In this document: in pieces, positions 28,202-37,751 of the stretch
Numbering within the stretch: position 1 is the first letter of the stretch
How the letters are laid out: each line of letters begins with the position of its first letter
NCBI GenBank assembly: GCA_964594475.1
Contig: CAZQMI010000003.1
Coordinates: 1 to 48,468, forward strand
Origin: an uncultured Thermoplasmatales archaeon
GTDB lineage: Archaea > Thermoplasmatota > E2 > DHVEG-1
Length of the DNA stretch: 48,468 bases
Direction of reading: 5' to 3'
The notes under the pieces: generated by a model
What the model was told of the DNA's origin: nothing
Databases searched by the model: none
What the model saw: only the letters and a program-made list of their open reading frames with translations
Position numbers and translations under genes: made by a program

Positions 28202-31200
28202 ATGTCTTTTACCTCTATAAAATTGGGGGACAATCCATCAGGCTTACGAGCAAAACATACAAGCCATTCGCAGCTCTCTTCATTTTCCTCATTTCCATTA
28301 TTTTACTACAACAATGCACATCTGCTGAAAAAGTGCTTATTAATGAAGTGATGTACAATCCGATTGAAAATGATAACTATCATGAGTGGATCGAGCTTTA
28401 TAACCCAACAAATACCTCGATCAATCTCAGCGGTTGGACCATCTCTGATAATTATGCCAATGATTCAATCCAACCAAATACCCTGCAGGGAAATGGCAGT
28501 ACTCTTCTCCCCTCAAAACACTACGCTCTCATAACTGATCAGGGAACAAAACTGTATAAACAAATAAAAGTAAATCGCACTCTCCTTCTCTTTGTCGATG
28601 ATGCAAGTATCGGCAATGGTCTTGGAAATAACAATGACTGTCTCATCCTGAGAAATAAAACAGATCACATCATCGATGCCGTTGAATGGGGGACAGATCA
28701 GAATCAGGTGCCGGGCGATCCGAAACAACCAGTTACCGAGGGATATTCACTTTCCCGATTCTTTGAAAAAGATACTAATGATAGCCATACCGATTTTTAT
28801 GAAGCAATCATTCCCACTCCTGGAAAGAAGAACAATGAAAGCAGAACGGGAACCATTGAAATCAACCTCTACCCTCAATTTATTGCGAAACCATACCATT
28901 TCCAAACCTTTGGCTTTCCCATTGCAATTCAGGTAGCATTTCATGATTTCGAATATGTGCCATCATTTGATCTGAAAGCATTTATCTCAGGGGAAAACAG
29001 CTCACAACCTGCTAGTCAGACCTGGAATGGAAACAAATGGCAATACTCAGATCGATATACTCATATCATAGAGAGTAACCAACACCATCATTTTTCACAT
29101 TGGTTCTATCTTCGATTAAATAAAGAGTACAAAGCATATCAAGATCATATCAAAGAGAACCGATCCGGATTCATCCAAGTGAAAATCCGAATAAACAACA
29201 AGAGCAAAACCATTACTCAACCCGTTTTATTCCTTGATATGGACACAAGCACTGCTAATGCAACAACTGGAGGATATATCGTTGACCAATTCATACAAAA
29301 CCAAACACCATATGAGAACAATATCATGCTCATCGAGGATAAGAAAGGAAAAATTACTGGCATGTATCGAACTGAAACAAACGAAATCGATGAATCATAC
29401 ATTAACCTCCCTGGCTATGTCAAACTTGCCTCACCCGTAGGAACAAATTACACCTTAAAAGTGATCGATCAGCATCAATCATCAATCTACACCATATCAA
29501 ATCAAACGATACGATCCGGATATTATGATGTTGACCTCAGTGCTGTAAAACGTAATTGTTTCTTTGATAAACGAAAAACAGAAACCTACACGGTTCACAT
29601 ACATAACACCGGTACGTTTACTGATATCTACCATCTTCACGTTGCAGATGTCACCAATGCATGGAACGTTGATCTCAACCCAGAACAAGTGACATTATCT
29701 AAAGGAAAAACAGCTGAAATCAAAGTAATGATAACACCATCACCATTTGAAAAACAATCATTTAGCACCACAGAAATCATTATCAAAGCGGCATCAGAAC
29801 AGGATCCAGGCCTCTATGATCAGTTAACACTCTATGGTGAACTCATCGATCCCGATCTCAGCATTCCAAACATTAAAAGCTATGATGAACAACGACGGGA
29901 AAACAACATTGTATCAGAAGGAGCATCCATTCGTATCAAAGCCTATTGCAAAAATAGTGGAAATGAAAATGCAACAGATGTCATCGTTTCCTTCTATCTT
30001 GATGAGATCAATGAAAGCTGCCTTCTTGGCACAAAATATTATGATACTATAGCTCAATATCAAAAATATCCATCATTTCTATGGGATACCCATCATGTGG
30101 AACCTGGAGAACATACTATCTGGGTTGTGGTTGACGCAGCTGATACCATTGCTGAACTCGATGAATCAAACAATAAACGATCATACTCCATCACCGTTCT
30201 TGATACCAGTCCATGTAAAAAAGAAAAAAAGATTCTCATCACAGAACTATATGCATGCACTCATTCTGGGATTGCAAACGAATATTTCTGCATCCATAAT
30301 CCAAACAATCAATCCATTGATATCAGTGGCTGGTATCTTACTTCCACACCTTTCAAACCCCGGCTAGATCAACAACAACTCATTTTTCCTGAACATACCA
30401 TCATCAAACCCAACTGCTCCTATACTATCACCCAAAATGCAACTGCATATCATTTTGAGACCGGAAATTGGCCAGATTTTGAATATCAAACCAATTCGAA
30501 CAATAGTATCCCTCAGATGATCTGTGAGAAAACCATCTATTTTAGTAACAAGGGTGACACCATCACCTTAAAAGATCCTTTTAATCACACCATTGACGGT
30601 GTGCACTATGGAAATACTTCACTTCAAGTACTATTTTGGGATGCAGAACCTATTCCCATCCCAAAAACATCAGAGATTCTGATTCGAAAAAGAAACGCTC
30701 AAGCCTATGTGGATACCAATAGGTCATCAGATTGGACCCATCCCAGAATCTACCGAATCGGTCAATCACGATTCCCCGTGAACCATATTTTCTGTACTGG
30801 TGAAATAACCACCTTTGTCTCCCCTGATTGCAGTTATCAATGCATCCTTGAAGAACTCAGAGGCGCAGAAGAACATATTCATCTTAACATGTATGAAATC
30901 TCTCATCCCGATCTCTGCCAGGCATTAATCGATGCATTAAAACGAAATGTATCAGTGACTCTGTTCTTGGAGGGATCACCAATCGGAGGAATCAGCCATG
31001 AACAACAATTGATTCTGCATCGACTGTGCACCTATGGAGCAGATATATACTGTATCAAAAATGATGTAGAGAAGAATATCTATGCTCGATACACTTTCGA
31101 TCATGCAAAATACATCATCCTTGACCATAAAACCACGATCATCGAAAGCTGCAACTGGGTTCACACCGGTATTCCAACACATCCTAGTTTTGGAAATCGA

Positions 31201-32010
31201 GAATGGGGCATCATCATCCAGGATGTACAAGTTGCATCCTATTTTCATACCGTGTTTTCCCATGACTGCAATGCAGATCGAGCCGACATCATCAGTTTTC
31301 AATCACTCAACCTCACCCTCCCACCTACCACCTTCACAAGAAATTATCGATATTATGGGTCATATGAACCCTTTTTTAGCACTCAAACATTCAATGAATC
31401 CTGTGTGGTAACACCAGTGCTCTCTCCAGATAATAGTAGAGAATTGATCTACTCATTGCTTAACTCTGCAGAGCACAGCATCTTTGTTGAACAGCTCTAT
31501 ATCTACAAAAACTGGGAGGATCATCTCAATCCCTTCGTTGAAGCATTAATCAAAAAATCAAAACAAGGAGTGCACGTCAAGGTGATCATGAACTACAATC
31601 CGTTCTACGATTCAACCATAGTGAAATGCAATGAAACCAAAACCTATCTTGAATCACATGGGATCGAAGTGAAATACATCTACTCAAATTGGTCTATCTT
31701 TACCAATGTTCACAATAAAGGAGTCGTTATTGATAACCAATCTGTTCTGATTTCAAGTATCAACTGGAATGAAAACTCAGTGATGAACAACCGGGAAACC
31801 GGAATTATTATTCATCAACCAGACATTGCTGAATACTATGCCAAGGTGTTTTTATCAGATTGGAATCTAACCGAGCAAGCACAATCCGATACACCGTATG
31901 AAGAGACAGCAAAAAATGATCATAATAACAACACTATTTATATATTGAGTATATTCTCCATGACCTTTGTTTTAATTGCAAGGGATTGGAGAAAACGACG
32001 ATGGACCTAA
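28202..32010 (+). CDS. Secreted/anchored multidomain protein: 2x lamin-tail domain (LTD), NEW3/CARDB-like domains, 2x HKD phospholipase-D/nuclease motifs, C-terminal TM anchor; 5' end needs a frame correction at a G5 run
   Basis: LTD signatures are INEVMYNP...EWIELYNPTNTSINLSGW and ITELYA...NEYFCIHNPNNQSIDISGW. CARDB-like: NSGNENATDVIVSFYLDE...VVDAADTIAELDESNN. HKD motifs: HAKYIILDHKTTIIESCNW (His codon 31102-31104) and HNKGVVIDNQSVLISSINW (His codon 31711-31713). The C-terminus is IYILSIFSMTFVLIA-RDWRKRRWT. The ORF track starts at GTG 28333, but an in-frame signal peptide is encoded upstream (see finding). Confidence 0.8.
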
Positions 32011-32987
32011 TTATCAATCAAATCCATCCTGCATCAATGATCGCAATTGCGGTGATGATCGGTGGCCTAGTTATTGCATATATGAAAAAATGGATGATGA
32101 CCTATGCATTGATCATTACCAATTTCATCGTCTTTGTGCTCTCTTTTTTATTTATGATTCAAACACCATCTGGATCTATAAGCTGGGTCGTAGTTGACCT
32201 TGGATTTCGACCAGCGTTTCTTTCTGTGAGTCAAATCCCTCAGCTTTATACCTTGTTTACTTCAATGTTTGTGCATAGTGGTTTTCTTCATATTTTTGGA
32301 AATATGCTTGTTTTTTTCTTCATTGGCATGGCCTTTGAACAACGAGTCGGCTGGTCAAAATTTCTATTTATCTATCTTCTCACCGGATTATGCGGTACTC
32401 TCACCCATTCCGTATTCAACCTGGGATCAACCATTCCATTAGTAGGCGCATCTGGGGCAATCTTTGGAATCATGGGTGCATTTGCCTTTTCCTATCCACG
32501 TGATGAAGTTGTCATGCCCATTCCACTTGGGTTCATCATGGTGCTTCGTCGGATCAAGGTAGTCTATGCCGTGCTGATATTTGCTGCCATTGAAACAGTC
32601 ATCGTCTTGGTAGGTACTCAATCAAACACCGCTCATCTTGCTCATCTTGGAGGTCTTGTTGGCGGGGTCATTATTGCTGCCCTTATCCTGAAAAGAGAAG
32701 GTCAACAGACCATACAGGATTCCACTGGAAATATCAAAATCGTTCAACAAAATTACAATGAACTAAATCCTCCCCGATATCAACTCTCGAATCTGGAACC
32801 ACTCGCTACTACCCCTGAACTCAGATCCATGCTTGACCGCATTAAACAGGAAACCGTTCCTCAGGTCAAGGACATCTGGATCGATCATCTCATCGAAAAA
32901 GCATCCTGTCCTCGGTGTCGACATTCCTTGAATCATGTTAACCGAAAAATCTGGTGTGAACAATGTGGTTTTAAAACCAATTATTAA
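32001..32987 (+). CDS. Rhomboid-family intramembrane serine protease with C-terminal zinc ribbon
   Basis: GASGAIFG (Ser codon 32451-32453) and AHLGGLVGG (His codon 32643-32645). The C-terminal ribbon is CPRC...CEQC. The ATG at 32001 has GGAG 9 nt upstream; the TTG at 31986 is the ORF-track start. It overlaps the upstream gene's 3' end. Confidence 0.9.
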   Translation: MDLIINQIHPASMIAIAVMIGGLVIAYMKKWMMTYALIITNFIVFVLSFLFMIQTPSGSISWVVVDLGFRPAFLSVSQIPQLYTLFTSMFVHSGFLHIFGNMLVFFFIGMAFEQRVGWSKFLFIYLLTGLCGTLTHSVFNLGSTIPLVGASGAIFGIMGAFAFSYPRDEVVMPIPLGFIMVLRRIKVVYAVLIFAAIETVIVLVGTQSNTAHLAHLGGLVGGVIIAALILKREGQQTIQDSTGNIKIVQQNYNELNPPRYQLSNLEPLATTPELRSMLDRIKQETVPQVKDIWIDHLIEKASCPRCRHSLNHVNRKIWCEQCGFKTNY

Positions 32988-33919
32988 AATGAAAACCCAA
33001 ATCCAACTAGATTTCCGAAGAATAAAAGACTGGAGATTGCATAGCCAAGAATAGCCCCGCCACATAACAGGGGAAGACCTGCTTGTGGGTTTCCTTTCAA
33101 CACATATTGCATTAACACTGAAAACCCTGCCAAAGTCCCTAAAATAGTACCAGCTACAACAGGTAATGCATTTATATTGTTATAATACACGGCTACCACA
33201 AGAATTCCAGGCATGACAATGTCGCCAAGTCCCATAAAAAAAGCTTCACGTTGATTTTTTTCCTCGATTTGTTTTTTTAATCGTTTGGTTTCCTTAATCA
33301 AGGAATAATGCCATCTCTTTGGAACCACTAAAAGAACAGGGAGCTTCAAATCCATCACCGTATCAGCAAGATCAATCATATGCTTTGTTTTATACACTGA
33401 TATGGCATCATACACTGCCAATCCAATGAGTAACACAATAATCAACCAAATCGCGAGGGAAATCCCAAAGACGATAATGGCACTGGTCCCTATGATGATC
33501 CCACAGATATCAATGACATACCATTCCGGATAGACGTACAACATGGCAACAAGAAAGATCGCTGCAATCAATGATACACCCAGCACAATCCACACTGATA
33601 CTGGAAGTAAAAGTGAAAATGCAGGTAAAAAAAAGGCATAAAACGCAGTATAACCTATGGCTCCTAGAATGATGAATTGAATCAGTTTTTTCTTCCAAAA
33701 CTTAGCAATAAGTAAAACTATCCCGGTGAATACCAACATGATCACAAAAATATAAAGGATATTGACTGGGTTATCCGGGTCTTCAAACGCAGGTTGAATC
33801 CCTGCAGATTCAAACGGTCGAAGAATGAACAATGCCAAAGCATAAATGATGACAAAAAAAAGTCCCATAATCATCACCGCAGCAAGATGCTGACGGTTCT
33901 GTGTTGATTCCTCTGCCAT
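32984..33919 (-). CDS. Presenilin/signal-peptide-peptidase homologue (A22 GxGD intramembrane aspartyl protease)
   Basis: 311-aa polytopic ORF with the YD motif (LAVYDAISVY, D171 codon 33407-33409), the GLGD motif (FFMGLGDIVMPG, D233 codon 33221-33223) and a PAL-like QAGLPLL. Confidence 0.85.
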   Translation of the reverse strand: MAEESTQNRQHLAAVMIMGLFFVIIYALALFILRPFESAGIQPAFEDPDNPVNILYIFVIMLVFTGIVLLIAKFWKKKLIQFIILGAIGYTAFYAFFLPAFSLLLPVSVWIVLGVSLIAAIFLVAMLYVYPEWYVIDICGIIIGTSAIIVFGISLAIWLIIVLLIGLAVYDAISVYKTKHMIDLADTVMDLKLPVLLVVPKRWHYSLIKETKRLKKQIEEKNQREAFFMGLGDIVMPGILVVAVYYNNINALPVVAGTILGTLAGFSVLMQYVLKGNPQAGLPLLCGGAILGYAISSLLFFGNLVGFGFSF

Positions 33920-33963
33920 GGTAACGTGGGAAACACTGCGCTCTTATTAATAATTTCATTTTT

Positions 33964-34914
33964 TTAAACCAGAGCGTAACCAAAAAAAGTATACCATATG
34001 AACACAGCATATAAGCCAAGCAGAAAGACTCCTTCCAATCGAGTTACCCGATGACCAGAACGTAACACAGGAAACATCACCGTTGTCACCAGAAGAAGAA
34101 TGATCAAATGATCAAGAGATGCAAGTGCATTAAGCGGGATGATGAGTGCAGCAGCACCTATCACAAGGAAAATATTAAACACATTAGATCCCAGTACATT
34201 TCCCACGGCGATATCAGATTCATCTTTATAGGAGGCAACGGCAGAAACTACTAGTTCAGGTAGGGAGGTGCCTATTGCTACCATGGATAAGGCAATGACC
34301 ATCTGAGGTATCCCAAAGAACAATGCAATGGCCACCGCGGATTCAATGAGCAACCATGCACCCAGTACCACTCCGATGATTCCAGCGATGATGAACACTA
34401 CGTTTTTCATCTGATTGCCTTGTTTAAAGGATTCATCGATGATGCGTTCCTTTTTTGCGCATTTTATGAAATACCAGACAAACAAGATGAAAAACAGGAG
34501 AAATAAAACACCCCCAAACACATGTAATCCATCAAGTAATCCAAGCAGAGCAAAGGAGAAGAACACAACGGTTACCACCATCATAATAGGTAGTTCACGA
34601 AGAATCACCCCTCGCTGAATTTTCACAGGTTTAATAATTGCGCTCAATCCAATGACTAACAATAGATTTGCCACACAGGACCCAATAATGTTACCGATGG
34701 AGATATCTGCGTTATTTTGAAGAGCTGCACCAAATGAAATAGCAAATTCTGGGGCAGATGTGCCAAAGGCAACCACGATAACGGATATTATTAATGCTGG
34801 CACTCCTAGGTGAGCAGCGGTTCGAGACGTTCCATCAACCAGCACATCAGAACCTTTGTAAAGAAGGAGGATCCCTCCGATAAATGCAGGAATTGCAAGC
34901 ATGATCGGTATCAT
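33964..34914 (-). CDS. Ca2+/Na+ (cation) antiporter, CaCA/YrbG family
   Basis: 316-aa ORF with two alpha-repeats: GNIIGSCVANLLLVIGL and GNVLGSNVFNIFLVIG. Confidence 0.9.
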   Translation of the reverse strand: MIPIMLAIPAFIGGILLLYKGSDVLVDGTSRTAAHLGVPALIISVIVVAFGTSAPEFAISFGAALQNNADISIGNIIGSCVANLLLVIGLSAIIKPVKIQRGVILRELPIMMVVTVVFFSFALLGLLDGLHVFGGVLFLLFFILFVWYFIKCAKKERIIDESFKQGNQMKNVVFIIAGIIGVVLGAWLLIESAVAIALFFGIPQMVIALSMVAIGTSLPELVVSAVASYKDESDIAVGNVLGSNVFNIFLVIGAAALIIPLNALASLDHLIILLLVTTVMFPVLRSGHRVTRLEGVFLLGLYAVFIWYTFFGYALV

Positions 34915-35006
34915 GACAAAGGCCTTAAAACAGCATATTGTTAATAAGCCCTTTCCATCAGTGTTTGAAGAAACAAATGTTTTTGAATATTTGTTTCATC
35001 CACGCT

Positions 35007-35828
35007 ATGATGAACTCGAAACAAATAGGTCATCTCACCTTTATCGGTCTGGGGCTTTTTGATGCAACTGATATGAGCATTAAAGCAAAACAGGTGATGA
35101 GGCAAGCTGATCAGATCTATGCTGAATTCTATACCTCCATTCTTATGGGCTCACACATCAAAGATCTAGAACAACAGATCGGTAAAACCATAACAGTGCT
35201 TACCAGAGAGAAAACAGAAGAAGGATCATGTATTCTCAATGAGGCAACGAAGAAAAAGGTTTGTTTTGTAACCGGAGGAGATTCACTCACTGCGACCACT
35301 CATGTTGATCTGCGCATTCAGGCCATATCACAAGGAATAAAAACCTCCGTTATCCACGGAAGTAGCATCGTTTCAGCAGTCCCTGGACTCCTTGGTTTGC
35401 AGCACTATAAATTCGGTCGCACTACAACTCTAGTGTATCCAGAGCGAAATTATTTTCCCCTTAGCCCCTATGATGTCATCAAACAAAACAAAACAAATGG
35501 ATTACACACCCTTGTTCTCCTTGATATTCAAGCAGACCGGAATCGTTTCATGACTGCAACAGAAGCAATACAACTGCTACTCAAAATGGAAGAGCAACGA
35601 AAACAAGATCTCATCAGAAATGATTCAGTTATCGCAGTTGTAGGTCAAGCTGGATCTGATCATCCCATGGTCAGGGCAGGGCGTGTCAGTGAATTACTTG
35701 ATTTTAATTTTGGTCCACCACTTCATAGCCTGGTGGTTCCAGGAACCCTTCACTTCATGGAAATCGAAGCCCTCCGAAGTCTTGCATATCTACCTGCATC
35801 TGTTGCTCAAAAATTACAAAAAATATAA
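35007..35828 (+). CDS. dphB: Diphthine synthase (Dph5/DphB)
   Basis: LTFIGLGL...ADQIYAEFYTS, CFVTGGDSLTATTH and HTLVLLDI match the tetrapyrrole-methylase-fold diphthine synthase. The conserved N-terminus fits the ATG at 35007; the ORF-track start at 34938 adds 23 unlikely codons. Confidence 0.9.
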   Translation: MMNSKQIGHLTFIGLGLFDATDMSIKAKQVMRQADQIYAEFYTSILMGSHIKDLEQQIGKTITVLTREKTEEGSCILNEATKKKVCFVTGGDSLTATTHVDLRIQAISQGIKTSVIHGSSIVSAVPGLLGLQHYKFGRTTTLVYPERNYFPLSPYDVIKQNKTNGLHTLVLLDIQADRNRFMTATEAIQLLLKMEEQRKQDLIRNDSVIAVVGQAGSDHPMVRAGRVSELLDFNFGPPLHSLVVPGTLHFMEIEALRSLAYLPASVAQKLQKI

Positions 35829-35867
35829 GAACCTCAGACCCCATTCGATGGACTGGATTCTTCAAGT

Positions 35868-37751
35868 ATGAAGAAGGGGATCAGGATGCAAGATAAAGAG
35901 GATGTAGCTGGATATATCTATGGAAATGTAGGATCAACGGAGTTTAATTTTGCCGTTAATGATCATAATATTCGAAAATTTGACTATATTTATGCTCCAC
36001 ATAAAGAAGGAGAAATGCTCGCCCAAATCATGGATATCACACAGCATTCAGATTTAAAATTTGAGGATGCAACAGCTCTGATGAGCGAAGAAGAACGACC
36101 CTCCATTAAAACAAAGGTTTCCGCCTTTGCCGATGTAATCGGATATCGAGATAAACGAGGATTACTGCAATCACCACGCACTCCTTTTAACGCAGGATCA
36201 AAAATTGTGAAAGCCGATGAAGACCTCATCCGAAAAGTGCTGGGGTTGAGTGCTGCAAAGGAAAATGGAGCCTATATTGGACTATTAAAAGGACATGATC
36301 TTCCCGTTTACCTCAACATCGATACCTTGGTGCAGAAACATATTTGTGTTCTTGCAAAAACAGGTGGGGGAAAAAGCTATGCCTGCGGGGTTCTTGTTGA
36401 AGAGATGCTGAAGAAAAAAATTCCTATGGTCATTATTGACACCCATGGTGAATATCACTCCCTGACCATGCCAAATAAAAGTAAGAAAGAACAAAAAAAC
36501 ATGGAACGATTCGGAGTGAAAAAAAACTCATACGAAAAACAAATCAATGAATTCAGCCCCCTGGGATCAAAAGGTAACATCAATCATCTCACACTCAATG
36601 GTATCAATCTTGGTGCCCGGGAAATCCTTGATCTTCTTCCAGCGAAACTTTCTGGACCACAAAAGGGAGTGCTTTATCAGGCGATTAAGGAAATAAAGGA
36701 ATACAAAAGCCAATACACCCTTCAGGACATCATCGAAGCAGTCAGCCGCAGTAAAAGCAACGCTCGCTGGAACGTGATTGCCTCTCTTGAATCACTTAAC
36801 TCCATTGGAGTGTTCTCAGAAGATGCTACCTTTCCAACGGATCTTGTGAAAAAAGGAAAATGTTCTCTAATCAACATGAAAGGAGTCGCTCCAGATGTAC
36901 AAAGTGTGGTTGTTGCTCGATTAACAAAGGAACTTTTCGATGAACGAAAAGCAGGCAAAATCCCTCCATTTCTCTTCGTCGTGGAAGAAGCACATAACTA
37001 CTGTCCAGAACGAGGATTTGGAAACACCGTTTCATCAGGTATTCTTCGAACCATCGCTTCAGAAGGCCGAAAATTCGGCATGGGGCTCTGCGTGGTCAGT
37101 CAACGACCCGCAAAAGTAGATAAAAACATCATCTCACAATGTAACACCAACATCATTTTAAAGGTCACTAATCCCAATGATTTAAAGGCAATCATCCAAT
37201 CCGTGGAAGGACTCACCAGTCAAACCTATCGAGAGATCCAACGGTTACCCATCGGAGTCGCCCTCATCAGTGGTGGATCACTGCAGATGCCAGTAATGGC
37301 AGAGATTCGAACTCGTGAAACCAGACATGGGGGAGTATCCGTTCGCATTTCAAAAGATGGGAAACAGTCACCTGCATCACCACCGGTTTCACCTCAACCC
37401 AATATACCACGACCAGAACCAGCAATCCCCGTCCAAAAGAAACCAACACCTCCACCAACACAAAAAACACAATCAACGGTCACTGAAAAAGCAAAACTAG
37501 TCAGCCGAGTAGCAAACAGACTAGGATGGGTCTCAACAGATGATACAGAAGAAGCAATGACCATTCTCTCTGAAGAAGCCAAGAAAATGAACGAAAATGT
37601 GTATAAATACCTAGAATCACTGGCAAAACTGGGAAGAACCGTCTGTCATGAAGACACCCCTGATTGTGTGAAATGCCCAATGAAAGAAGGCTGTAACCAT
37701 GCACAGACACAAGGTGGTTTGAAAAAACGTGGACTGTTTCGAAGGAAATAA
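35868..37751 (+). CDS. HerA-like (DUF87) hexameric ATPase with Pro-rich linker and C-terminal endonuclease-III-type [4Fe-4S] cluster loop
   Basis: N-terminal HAS-barrel-like region. Walker A is HICVLAKTGGGKSY and Walker B is FLFVVEEAHNY. A P/T-rich linker spans about 37366-37470. The C-terminus LAKLGRTVCHEDTPDCVKCPMKEGC is Cx6Cx2Cx5C (C593-C609, 37644-37694). Confidence 0.8.
   Translation: MKKGIRMQDKEDVAGYIYGNVGSTEFNFAVNDHNIRKFDYIYAPHKEGEMLAQIMDITQHSDLKFEDATALMSEEERPSIKTKVSAFADVIGYRDKRGLLQSPRTPFNAGSKIVKADEDLIRKVLGLSAAKENGAYIGLLKGHDLPVYLNIDTLVQKHICVLAKTGGGKSYACGVLVEEMLKKKIPMVIIDTHGEYHSLTMPNKSKKEQKNMERFGVKKNSYEKQINEFSPLGSKGNINHLTLNGINLGAREILDLLPAKLSGPQKGVLYQAIKEIKEYKSQYTLQDIIEAVSRSKSNARWNVIASLESLNSIGVFSEDATFPTDLVKKGKCSLINMKGVAPDVQSVVVARLTKELFDERKAGKIPPFLFVVEEAHNYCPERGFGNTVSSGILRTIASEGRKFGMGLCVVSQRPAKVDKNIISQCNTNIILKVTNPNDLKAIIQSVEGLTSQTYREIQRLPIGVALISGGSLQMPVMAEIRTRETRHGGVSVRISKDGKQSPASPPVSPQPNIPRPEPAIPVQKKPTPPPTQKTQSTVTEKAKLVSRVANRLGWVSTDDTEEAMTILSEEAKKMNENVYKYLESLAKLGRTVCHEDTPDCVKCPMKEGCNHAQTQGGLKKRGLFRRK

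Noticed and set aside
28079-28351. 90-aa ORF in the track beginning inside tRNA-Cys
   Set aside because: Its first 50 nt are the tRNA-Cys gene. Only its 3' portion, from the ATG at 28202, is meaningful, as the probable frameshifted 5' end of the LTD-PLD gene.
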